The notes under the pieces are model-generated. The model was not told the DNA's origin. It did no database searches and saw only the letters and a program-made list of their open reading frames with translations. A stretch of DNA of 64,000 nt from the IMG/VR virus record IMGVR_UViG_3300045994_000147, positions 2,909-66,908 of that record. One strand, given 5' to 3'. The DNA is from a virus. Each line of letters opens with the position of its first letter. The stretch's first letter is position 1. Below are positions 27,958 through 37,418 of the stretch, in pieces. The translations under genes and the position numbers were made by a program.

Positions 27958-28590
27958 ATGGCTAGAGCTCGTTTTAAATTCAATAAGAAAACCCCCTGGT
28001 ACCTAAAGGAGCCAGAGGGGACTTTGGAAGAAAAGGTAAACTCATTTAATAGAATGGAAGAAGTACTTTATAAAATATTAGACTATGGTTTAAAGGATGA
28101 GATAATCCCACCGGAGGTATTGGAGGAGGAGAGGAGGATGTTAACTTTCTGTAAGTTAGGCCCTAGAGCCCATCACTTCACTCATAATCTCAAAGGTAAA
28201 CTTACCTCCTCTGATGTCCTTTATATGTTAACTTGTAATAGATCCTCAAAGATCCTAGGGGAAATGTTTGGGGTAGATGGCAGGAAAGTTAGAGCTATTA
28301 GAAACGGAGAGAAGGATGAGTGGTACTGGGAGTATTGTTTTGTTAGGAGAATAAAGAGTAGGTTAATGACTACTCTAAAAGCCTCACATATTTACGGTAC
28401 ATCCAAATTCTTTTACTCTCTATCTAAAGTAGTATCCCCAGAGAAAACTAAGATACTCCATTATACCTCCTCTCAAAGGAGAGCTAAGGCCCTTAGAAAA
28501 GATATTATTAACCCAAAGGATTACGATAAGATGATTAAAGATGGTACCCTAGATATTATATATCCAATAGAAAAGCTGGATATACTATGA
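27958..28590 (+). CDS. hypothetical protein, possible HTH
   Basis: SSKILGEMFGVDGRKVRAIRNG resembles a helix-turn-helix. Confidence 0.55.
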   Translation: MARARFKFNKKTPWYLKEPEGTLEEKVNSFNRMEEVLYKILDYGLKDEIIPPEVLEEERRMLTFCKLGPRAHHFTHNLKGKLTSSDVLYMLTCNRSSKILGEMFGVDGRKVRAIRNGEKDEWYWEYCFVRRIKSRLMTTLKASHIYGTSKFFYSLSKVVSPEKTKILHYTSSQRRAKALRKDIINPKDYDKMIKDGTLDIIYPIEKLDIL

Positions 28591-28772
28591 GTGTTAGTAG
28601 ATATGGTAGAGACTCTGATAACAATATGGATCTTCTAGATGATGGGATCTATGTATACTATCTAGACTATAGTAACTTAGAGGATAAAGTAAGTATATTA
28701 GAGGGAGATATAAAGGATTATAAAGAAAGGATAGATAATCTAGAGAGGCTAATGGAACTATTAGGTATATAA
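28587..28772 (+). CDS. small coiled-coil protein
   Basis: ATGA overlap; heptad pattern. Confidence 0.5.
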   Translation: MSVSRYGRDSDNNMDLLDDGIYVYYLDYSNLEDKVSILEGDIKDYKERIDNLERLMELLGI

Positions 28773-28801
28773 GACTTCTCAGTTCCCTTGGGAGTACGCC
28801 T

Positions 28802-28830
28802 ATTATATCATACCTTTCTTGATTTGTCAA
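28802..28830 (-). promoter_or_regulatory. perfect-consensus sigma-70 promoter, antisense to the + arm
   Basis: Minus strand reads TTGACA-N17-TATAAT with TG extension. Confidence 0.75.
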
Positions 28831-28847
28831 CCCATTATTTTAAGCAA

Positions 28848-28902
28848 ATAAAAACCCCCTAGTTCCAATGGTTTATCCAAAGGGACTAGGGGGTTTCTTT
28901 TT
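28848..28902. terminator. bidirectional intrinsic terminator between the two arms
   Basis: AAAAA-CCCCCTAGTTCC...GGGACTAGGGGG-TTTCTTTTT. Confidence 0.88.
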
Positions 28903-28911
28903 GTCTAAAAT

Positions 28912-31900
28912 TTACTCATTACCACTTAAAGCTTTCTGCATTTGCATCCTAACTAATTTAATCCTTTCATTTATACCTTTGATTTGATTAGCTCTCTCAG
29001 GCATAGGACTATTACGATCATGTGCAGCTCTGTACTTCATAGTATTTAACTCTTTGAGTTGCATATCGAATCCTACTTTCCTACCCTTCAGCCCAGACTT
29101 AAGATCTACCGATACTGGCCTGAACCCGGTTATATCCGAGACTGCCTGAGCTGGTGTGTACTTAAGAGAACCAAATGCAGTTACAGCTGGCTTACCTTCA
29201 TTACCTATACCAAAGGCTTCAGCCATCTTACCAAACCATCCATGAGATGATAGCCAAGCAGGAGTAACCATGTTATAAGCAAACAGCATAGACTCAGCTA
29301 ACTGTTGATTAGGAGAGGCTCCTGGAGTCATTATATCCTTACCAGTAAAACTATCTTTACCAGAGAGATAAGAAGCCATTGCTGTAGGAGCAGGGCCACC
29401 CAATACGCCGAAGTTGTTTGCTATAGTACCTATAGATTTAACAGATGTACCAAGTATATTCTGACCACCATCATTCTCAAAGTTCTCATAGACCTTCCTA
29501 GCTGCTGAAGACCATTGAGACCAAGGGATAATATAATCCAAGCTCATTATCTGAGGCCGTCCTAACTTATCTTTGAATGGTATGAAAGCTGTACCTGGAT
29601 TGTTACGGTAATAGTCAGATAGAGCAGCTTTATACTTACCCATGTCATCATCGTCCCAATCATTCACAGCAGCAGATATCATAGTCATAAGAGCTGGGAG
29701 AGTAGCATACTTAGCGAATTTTACAGGATGATTAACCATCGCTCTAACTGCAGCTGGCCCAGACTTATAGGCAAATGTTATGAAAGGAGAACCAAATGGT
29801 ATTCTTCTCAGAACCTTTACCATACTATTAACTTGGCTATAATCAAATATAGAGTCGTTGGCATGAGCAGCAGCCTTAGTGAATAGAACCTGCTGTTGCT
29901 CTGGACTAAGAGACTTATGACCTCCGGGAAACTCTTCTTTATTCTGAGTTTCCCATGTTTGAATGTAGTCTCTAAGAGCAACTGTCTTAAATGCACCTTC
30001 CAATAGAGAGAAGTACTTGGTAGTCTTATTATTGATCTTATGGTTAGCTATTCTCATAGTAGCCATAAATCTTTCATCTAAGAATGATAAATGTTTATCC
30101 CAAGGACTCTCTGTTCTCTTCTCGTACATCTTCTGAGCATTTACTAACTCATCCCCATAGCTATTGTAAACATCTTGTAGTTCTATAGCAGAGAAGGTAC
30201 TACCAAATAAACCATATTGGTTAGCTAGAGACCAAAAGTAACTTGGTTTACTAGATATACTACCAGTTATTTCTTGGTGTAACATTCCTATTAGTTTAGA
30301 TGTTGGAGTAGAAGTAGATAGATCTAGGAGGGATAAGTTACCTAATCCGTTCCTTACCCAGCTTCCCGGATTAAGAGCAACCATGTTTCTCTTCCAGAAG
30401 GTATTCAATCTCTCTAAGGTACCGCCTCTAGCAAACCACTTCTCTATGCTAGTCTTATTAGCTAGGTCATAGGCAGAGGTCATAGCATCCAAGTCATTAT
30501 AGATCTCTTTACGAACCCATTGATTCCTTAAGGCTCCAAATCTAGCATGATTAGGCATACGAGTGTAGTGGTTCTTTAAGAAAGCATCCTTATCTACTTG
30601 AGTAGTAGTACCAGTGGTAGTAGCGTGTTGAAAGGCTTGTTCTACTGCCTGATTCTCTAGTGCAGCTATGGCATCCTTTAACTTCTGTACATCACTAGAT
30701 AATGTAGTCCATCTCTCTCTACTGTTACCAAAGGTAGTTTGATTTCCTTTACTCCACTCATCTAACATGAAGGAGGTATCATTCAGGAGTTCATAAGCTC
30801 TATCTATAGTTACTTTTCTAGAAGACCAAGGTAGCTTAACCTTATCATTGTTTGTAAGAACCCAATGAAGGTTATTATCCACAGATGCTTTATTAAGAGT
30901 AGAGAACATATCCAATAGAACTTTATCTCTAGTAATAATACCAAGAGTCTCTGGGATCAAGAACTTAACATCCTTAATCTGACCCATAGCCATCCTTTCT
31001 CTCTCACTACGTCTGGTCTTCTTATTGTGCCAACCTAGGCCAGTCTTCTTACCAGACCCTCTATACTCATTGACATACTTCATGTAAGACACATGGAGGT
31101 AAGCGTCAGCATTAGCCTCGTATGTATCCTGAGGCACCATACCCAATTCATATAAAGACTTACCGATCTTATTAATAGAGTCTTTACTTCGTTGTAGAGT
31201 CTTTATTTGTAGAGGATTAAAATCAGAAGCTCTTAACTCAGCGCCCTTAGTAGTCATGTAATCAAATGCTAATTGGTTCTGTATAGGATTAAGACCATTA
31301 AGAACTAGAGCAATACTCTTAACATTCTCCTCAGCAGCCCCTACCTGGCCTTTAAATACATCTTGAATAGCAGTATAAGCCTTTTGGAATTGCATGCTAC
31401 CTAGAGCCTTCCAGGCAGCAAATACACTATTATCTAAACGGGTATTTAAGTTTTTCCAAGCTCTAGATCTAACATTATCAGAGAGATCGCCAAGGGTAGA
31501 ATTATGAAGATTAATAAAAGCATTGATATCCGCTATTGGAGCAAGCTCCATGTGGTGAGTGATCTCATCTTCTGAGAGTTGGGTTTGATCAAATGATATC
31601 TCACCAGCAGAGTAAGACTGCCTTTCAGCAGATACTCCAGAGACATCTATATCCTCTATCTCTTCTATAGTTATATGTGAATCTATAAATGGTTTAGATG
31701 AGACACTGGCAAAGTCAGGATTAACTGTTTCAAAGATTGTATCAGTGGATGATGCAATAATCTTAATTAAATCCTTTTTACTAATGGAGTCAGTATAATC
31801 GCCAAAGAAAGCTCTAAGATAGTGTTTAATTCTATTAATAAAATTATCAAGCCATTCAGCTCTTTTCTTTCTTAATAGGTTTCTTGCTGGACTGTCTTTT

Positions 31901-34900
31901 ATACCAAGTCCAACTTGAGTCTTTAAGAACTGCTCAGAGTTGAAAGAGTCTTTAGCTAACTCAGCCATGTACTCATCAGCTAATCTAGAAGCTACTGACG
32001 CAGGTAAATCAACATCAGTTATAATACCCTTAATAGGAACAGTAAACCTATACTTCTCATCAGAACCAAGAGTTTGCATATAGGCTTTATATGTTATCTC
32101 CCTCTCCCTCAAATAGTATGGAGTTAACTCTGGAGTAATATCTCTATATCCAGGGATATTATCCATCTTCCATCTATCCAAATAGGCGTGCCATCTAGGT
32201 AATAGTTTTAATATATCCCCTCTCATCTCTGCTGAACTATTAAGTAAGTTAGCTAAGAATGAATTGTACTTACTTTTACTACCAAAGAACTCAGATAAAC
32301 CAAAGTGGCCTATGACCTCATGAGCAAATGTTCCTACCATATCCTGTGGATTAGCGAACATAGAGCTGTTGATGTATATTCTAGTTTTGGGGTGTGACAT
32401 ATTAGGGGCTATATGCATACCACCAGCAGTCCTAGAAGCACTTCCTGGATTAACTTTATCCTCTACAGCCCAATCTCTTATAGCAAAGTCTTTAACAAAT
32501 ATAAAGTCTACTTTATCTTTAATGTTTTGTGAGATATTTTTAACTAGATATTCAAAAGCTCTCTCATTCTCTGCGTGATCTACATTAGAGGGAGTGGAGA
32601 GAGAAGCACTAAGGTCTATATCATCATCAAAGTGGAGGGATACATTATTCCCATAGTCATCTATAAACTCTTCATCATTATACCCTTTAGATACAGTTCT
32701 CTTTACCTCAGCAGATATAACAGGCCTAATTACTTTCAACCTGCCTCTTAGATCAGCTAGTTCCTCTGACTCAGCATCATAATCAACCCCATTAGATTTG
32801 AACTCTTTAACTAGATCAGTTAGTTCAGCTATCCTGCCCTTAATAGAATCTAGTTCTTCGTTCTCAGATGGGGAGAGAGTTAGTATCTCAGTGGATTTAG
32901 ATTTTAATTCTACTTTATTTAACTCATCTTCTGCAGAGTAGGCATCTTTATCGTCTATAGATTCTATAGAATCAATAGTCTCCACAGCTTCTTTGTTAGA
33001 TTGTAGAACCTTAGCTATCTCATTCTCTACTGGTTTAACACTAACATTGTTTATGGAGCTATTAGGCAGTCTAACCTGAACAAAACCATCAGATCCATCG
33101 CTATTCTTATATTGAATAGTTCCAGTTATAGCTGATGCAGTATGAGATACTACATGCAACTTAACATCTTTCTGTTGATCTGGTGGGATCTTTAGATCTA
33201 GTATACTCTTGAAGTTACGATCACGAGGAACATTAGTTAAGTCTATTGATGTCTCATCACCCTGTTTGTATTTAACTTTCTCTACTTTAGGTTTAGTAAC
33301 CTTAGCTGCTTTCTCTTTAACAACTTTAGGTTTAACTACCTTAGCCGCTTTAGCACTCTTAGCTTTAGAAGCAGCAGAGGTAATAATACTCATCTTATCT
33401 ACTGCAGGTACTTGGTGAGCTATTACTTCTTCAGTTGTTTTGGGGAGTGATTGTTCTTGTGGAGTAAGTTTATTATTTATTTCTGCTATTTCAGCAACTA
33501 TACCTTTACCTTCCTTTTTAGCCTCATCTACTGACAAGTCATCCCACTCCTCTGGGTTACTAAGGACATTATTAGTATGTTCTAACTGCCGTTTTAAGTA
33601 ATCTAATCTACCAGTTAATAAAGCCTTATTGGAGTCTTCAGAGGATCTAGGGGTTCCTTTTTTACTTAAATCCCTGCTCTCTCTAAAAGCCTGGCCCTCA
33701 TCAGATCTGTTTCCAGTTGAACTATCAAAAGGGGGCAAGATTCCTCCAGTACTCTCAGCTAGATCGTATAGGGCTGTAGCTAATCCTTTTCTTCTGTGAT
33801 TAGCCTGAACACGGACGGATGGCTCAGTATCATAATTACTAGTAGCGTATGATAAAGACCCCATGTAATTATTAGATTCATCGTAAGCCTCTATATGGCC
33901 TGAGTTTGGATCCTGCAAGTTTACTAGTTTAACTACTGACCCATCTTTAAGAGTTGTAGTTGTATAGTCGTTGTTGGATAAAGCTTCTTTAGTTAAACCA
34001 AGTATATTATCTTTAAATGTAACATCAGGTGCTGATACTACGTTATTATCTAACTTAACGTAGGACTTAGTAGGAGCCTCAGGGGTCACTGTAGCCTCTT
34101 GAGACACTTGTTCCTGTGGAGCTACTGTAGTCTCTTCTAGTCTAAGAGTATTAGCATCATACCACTCTTTCTTCCACGCCGCTTCTACTTCAGGGGGTAC
34201 ATTAAAATCATCTTCAGGAGCCACTTGTTCCTGTGGAGCTACTGGAGTCTCAGGGACTATTGGAGCTTCGGTAGGTGCTGGAGCTGGTTCAATCTGTGGA
34301 CTACTATCAGCAGTTTCAGCTTGAACTCCAGTAGAAGCTTTGGCAATGGCCTCATCCTCTTTCTTCATTCTATCTTCTTGATTTAGAGAGGAGGAGTGAG
34401 AATTATTTATAATATCTTTAATCTTCTCTGATACAATAGATTTAACACCATTATTCTTATCAGAGGTGGAGATAGCATTAAGATCATTAAGGATAGCATT
34501 ATAAGTGGATTGGTATTCCTCAGAGCTAGGACTCAATCCTGATTTCAGTAAATCTATATAATTATTGTAAGCCCTTGCTGCTGCTGGTATTCTTATAAGT
34601 TCTCCAGTAGGTAAGGTAGTTTCATTAGAAGGTTTAGCTTTAAGAGCTTCAGTAACTTTCTCTGATTCACCTTGTGCATACCGAGGTATAGGCTGATTAG
34701 TTGCAATAGCCCCTTGAGCATCACTGTACCAAGAGTCAGCGGTTTTAATACCAGCTGCCTTAGCATCCTTGTGGATCATATCAATTACAGCTTTCCGTTG
34801 ATCTGGAGTAGCTGCTGTAGGTTCATCTAGAGCCTTGGAGATTGCATTAGCCCTGACACTGTTCTTATAGTGCCCAACCAAGCCAAACGGTGAAAGCATA

Positions 34901-35736
34901 GCCCCCATCATACCACCAACACTACCACTCTCCTTAGCGATATCCCAGTTAGATTGAGTAGGTAATCCTTCACTTCTGCTCAATTCATTAGAAGCAATGT
35001 CCTGACCAGATTCAGTTATAGCTTCACCAGCTATAGTACCAACTACTCCTTTAACAAAAGGTTTAACTATTGAGGTGTTAGTTGCTGATGCAATCTTCTC
35101 AGATAGAGTAGCACCCTTAAGAGACTTACCAATAACACCAGCCATCTTAAGACCGGCATACTGCATAGCAGCGTCACCTACACCTTGTATTGCTCCTTCC
35201 TTCCATGCTTCCTTATTAGCTGATGCTTCATCCCAACCTTTATCTAATAGTGCATCTTTCTTCTCTTGAGCAGCACTACCACCAAACAAACCTAAGGCAG
35301 CGCCAGTACCTGCTACAGTACCAACAATAGGGCCTGCAGCAGCACCAGCTAAACCGGCAGCTATTGGTGCGAGAGTAAGAGGTAAAGCTCCAGATGCTTT
35401 AATGAATGTCTGTCCTAATACCCCTCTTCCTTCTAAATCTGGTTGGTAATCAGCATCTCTCTTAGATGCATCTTCAGCCATTTGTTTGCCATAGTTAGAT
35501 ATATCTTCATTACCTAAGAATTGCAAAGCTTTACCAGTAGCCTCTGGAACTTGAGAGACGGCATTGTGATAAAAGTTTCTACCAGCCTCTCCAAGAGTTG
35601 TCCTCTTTTTGGACGGAGCTGGAGACATGTTGTAGTAATCAACTTGCTGTGGAGTAGTAGGAGCAGGATCTTGGCTACCATTACCCAAGTAATCGCTAAT
35701 TATTTTATTATCGTCTATTTGTCCTAGAGTAGCCAT
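28912..35736 (-). CDS. large polyvalent internal virion (ejection) protein
   Basis: 2274 aa at the end of the late arm; Gly/Ala-rich hydrophobic N-terminus; GNAT-like RRKGLATALY; HEVIGH motif. Confidence 0.75.
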   Translation of the reverse strand: MATLGQIDDNKIISDYLGNGSQDPAPTTPQQVDYYNMSPAPSKKRTTLGEAGRNFYHNAVSQVPEATGKALQFLGNEDISNYGKQMAEDASKRDADYQPDLEGRGVLGQTFIKASGALPLTLAPIAAGLAGAAAGPIVGTVAGTGAALGLFGGSAAQEKKDALLDKGWDEASANKEAWKEGAIQGVGDAAMQYAGLKMAGVIGKSLKGATLSEKIASATNTSIVKPFVKGVVGTIAGEAITESGQDIASNELSRSEGLPTQSNWDIAKESGSVGGMMGAMLSPFGLVGHYKNSVRANAISKALDEPTAATPDQRKAVIDMIHKDAKAAGIKTADSWYSDAQGAIATNQPIPRYAQGESEKVTEALKAKPSNETTLPTGELIRIPAAARAYNNYIDLLKSGLSPSSEEYQSTYNAILNDLNAISTSDKNNGVKSIVSEKIKDIINNSHSSSLNQEDRMKKEDEAIAKASTGVQAETADSSPQIEPAPAPTEAPIVPETPVAPQEQVAPEDDFNVPPEVEAAWKKEWYDANTLRLEETTVAPQEQVSQEATVTPEAPTKSYVKLDNNVVSAPDVTFKDNILGLTKEALSNNDYTTTTLKDGSVVKLVNLQDPNSGHIEAYDESNNYMGSLSYATSNYDTEPSVRVQANHRRKGLATALYDLAESTGGILPPFDSSTGNRSDEGQAFRESRDLSKKGTPRSSEDSNKALLTGRLDYLKRQLEHTNNVLSNPEEWDDLSVDEAKKEGKGIVAEIAEINNKLTPQEQSLPKTTEEVIAHQVPAVDKMSIITSAASKAKSAKAAKVVKPKVVKEKAAKVTKPKVEKVKYKQGDETSIDLTNVPRDRNFKSILDLKIPPDQQKDVKLHVVSHTASAITGTIQYKNSDGSDGFVQVRLPNSSINNVSVKPVENEIAKVLQSNKEAVETIDSIESIDDKDAYSAEDELNKVELKSKSTEILTLSPSENEELDSIKGRIAELTDLVKEFKSNGVDYDAESEELADLRGRLKVIRPVISAEVKRTVSKGYNDEEFIDDYGNNVSLHFDDDIDLSASLSTPSNVDHAENERAFEYLVKNISQNIKDKVDFIFVKDFAIRDWAVEDKVNPGSASRTAGGMHIAPNMSHPKTRIYINSSMFANPQDMVGTFAHEVIGHFGLSEFFGSKSKYNSFLANLLNSSAEMRGDILKLLPRWHAYLDRWKMDNIPGYRDITPELTPYYLREREITYKAYMQTLGSDEKYRFTVPIKGIITDVDLPASVASRLADEYMAELAKDSFNSEQFLKTQVGLGIKDSPARNLLRKKRAEWLDNFINRIKHYLRAFFGDYTDSISKKDLIKIIASSTDTIFETVNPDFASVSSKPFIDSHITIEEIEDIDVSGVSAERQSYSAGEISFDQTQLSEDEITHHMELAPIADINAFINLHNSTLGDLSDNVRSRAWKNLNTRLDNSVFAAWKALGSMQFQKAYTAIQDVFKGQVGAAEENVKSIALVLNGLNPIQNQLAFDYMTTKGAELRASDFNPLQIKTLQRSKDSINKIGKSLYELGMVPQDTYEANADAYLHVSYMKYVNEYRGSGKKTGLGWHNKKTRRSERERMAMGQIKDVKFLIPETLGIITRDKVLLDMFSTLNKASVDNNLHWVLTNNDKVKLPWSSRKVTIDRAYELLNDTSFMLDEWSKGNQTTFGNSRERWTTLSSDVQKLKDAIAALENQAVEQAFQHATTTGTTTQVDKDAFLKNHYTRMPNHARFGALRNQWVRKEIYNDLDAMTSAYDLANKTSIEKWFARGGTLERLNTFWKRNMVALNPGSWVRNGLGNLSLLDLSTSTPTSKLIGMLHQEITGSISSKPSYFWSLANQYGLFGSTFSAIELQDVYNSYGDELVNAQKMYEKRTESPWDKHLSFLDERFMATMRIANHKINNKTTKYFSLLEGAFKTVALRDYIQTWETQNKEEFPGGHKSLSPEQQQVLFTKAAAHANDSIFDYSQVNSMVKVLRRIPFGSPFITFAYKSGPAAVRAMVNHPVKFAKYATLPALMTMISAAVNDWDDDDMGKYKAALSDYYRNNPGTAFIPFKDKLGRPQIMSLDYIIPWSQWSSAARKVYENFENDGGQNILGTSVKSIGTIANNFGVLGGPAPTAMASYLSGKDSFTGKDIMTPGASPNQQLAESMLFAYNMVTPAWLSSHGWFGKMAEAFGIGNEGKPAVTAFGSLKYTPAQAVSDITGFRPVSVDLKSGLKGRKVGFDMQLKELNTMKYRAAHDRNSPMPERANQIKGINERIKLVRMQMQKALSGNE

Positions 35737-35745
35737 ATTTTCCTA

Positions 35746-37401
35746 TTAATAACTGTTCATAATACTATTAACATCTTGCTCACCTAACTGTAAACTCTTT
35801 AGGTACTGAGCACGAGCAGGCTTATCAGCTAACTCATTGAATGCTTTTTGTTGTGATTCATCTAAGATTGTACCTAGATGGTTAATTGTTGGAGCTATAC
35901 CATGTGCCCTTAGGGTAGAAGTACCAGAGGCAGGGTTATAATTCATATCTTTCTTCTGAGCTTGAATATTATCTAAGGCGTTCTTAACGGTCAGTTCCTG
36001 AGCTTTCTTAACCTCTATGGCTTGATCTGTGCCTTTAAGTTGAGCTGTCTGTCCTAGTTTAGCAGCTTCAGTCTGTTGGTCATAGAGAGTCTTAGCTAAG
36101 TTAGTTTGATAACCTAATCGCTGAGAGTCAGCTTGTAACCTATCTCCAGCCATTCTAATATTACCATCTCTAGCAGCTATATCAGAGCGGGTAGCATTAT
36201 CAGCTGCATTCTGAGACTCAGCTCCTATCGCCTTTCTCTGATTAGAGAGAGCAGCAGCTAATTTAATATTACCAGAGTTAGCAGCAGAAGCTATCTTCCT
36301 ATCTAGATTCCCTAAGTACTGAGCTTGTTGATTAGACTCTTCTTCAGCATTAGCCCTATCGGCAGCAGCTACACTAGCATCAGCCCTACTATTCAAGAAG
36401 TTCTCTTGAGCTGCTTGTTCAGCTCCTACTTTAGAATTGTATCTATCAGAGCGTTCCTTAGTAATAGCGGCTTCTCTAGCAAACATCTCTTGAGCTCTAG
36501 GAGTAGCGTTATAGGAAATAGATTTGCTTAAATCATTTAGGGATTTAACAGTAGATCCTGAGCCAACTCTTCCACTTAGCCCCTGAGTATCTAATTGAGA
36601 TTGAGAGAGAGGCACACCTTGTCTATCAACCCTTTGCCCACCAATACTCAATCCAAAATCAGCTTCATTAGTGATACCACCACCTAGTCTAGCAGAGCTA
36701 CCAGACTTCCAAGATACAGATCCACCGGGAACATTAAGAGTATCTACACCACCACTGTTAGTCCTAGTAACAGAACCGTCGGTAGAGGAAACTGTATTAC
36801 CCCTCTCTGGTAGAGCTATTGTAGGAGTAACCTTTTGATCAGGTTGAGCAGGTACTGTTAGAGTACTATTCTGATCAGGAGCGCCTGTAGGCTGTAGAGT
36901 AGGATGAGTATCTGGAGTAGGATTAGATGTAGAAGACTCTGGTAAATATTGACCAGCACCTCCTTGACCAAATAATACTTTGTTACTAGCATCTATTGTA
37001 GCATTACCTATCCTAGTAGATAGAGTAGCAGCAGGTACTACCAAGTTATTATAAGTATCTTTAGCCCCTTGAGCTATACTTCCCACTATACCCTTCTGAG
37101 CAAAGTTATCTGCAGTATTGGACAGAGTAGAACCTATACCAGTAGCAGCAGAAGATAGACTGGAAGTAGTATTATCTAGTAACTCTCCTCCTACCTTCTT
37201 AGCATCACTAACAAATGAACCTACTCCACTAGCATCACCTGTAGCAGCACCAGCACCGCCAGAACCGCCTTGAGTCATTTGAGCTGGATCAGCTATTCCT
37301 TTCTTTTTCTTATCAGGTCTAGGCTGACCCGGCAGAGACATGGATGAAGAGTTATCCTGCCTCCAAGGTTGAGCCATAGAGTTTGTTTGTTCATATGCCA
37401 T
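35746..37401 (-). CDS. putative internal virion protein
   Basis: G/S/Q/A-rich low-complexity and helical sequence; position before the largest virion gene. Confidence 0.6.
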   Translation of the reverse strand: MAYEQTNSMAQPWRQDNSSSMSLPGQPRPDKKKKGIADPAQMTQGGSGGAGAATGDASGVGSFVSDAKKVGGELLDNTTSSLSSAATGIGSTLSNTADNFAQKGIVGSIAQGAKDTYNNLVVPAATLSTRIGNATIDASNKVLFGQGGAGQYLPESSTSNPTPDTHPTLQPTGAPDQNSTLTVPAQPDQKVTPTIALPERGNTVSSTDGSVTRTNSGGVDTLNVPGGSVSWKSGSSARLGGGITNEADFGLSIGGQRVDRQGVPLSQSQLDTQGLSGRVGSGSTVKSLNDLSKSISYNATPRAQEMFAREAAITKERSDRYNSKVGAEQAAQENFLNSRADASVAAADRANAEEESNQQAQYLGNLDRKIASAANSGNIKLAAALSNQRKAIGAESQNAADNATRSDIAARDGNIRMAGDRLQADSQRLGYQTNLAKTLYDQQTEAAKLGQTAQLKGTDQAIEVKKAQELTVKNALDNIQAQKKDMNYNPASGTSTLRAHGIAPTINHLGTILDESQQKAFNELADKPARAQYLKSLQLGEQDVNSIMNSY

Positions 37402-37418
37402 TATATTTCCTATTATAT

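Noticed and set aside
28594-28830. Minus-strand 78-aa ORF as target of the antisense promoter
   Set aside because: Its TTG start is the -35 box itself, so it cannot be on that transcript; it shadows a + strand gene
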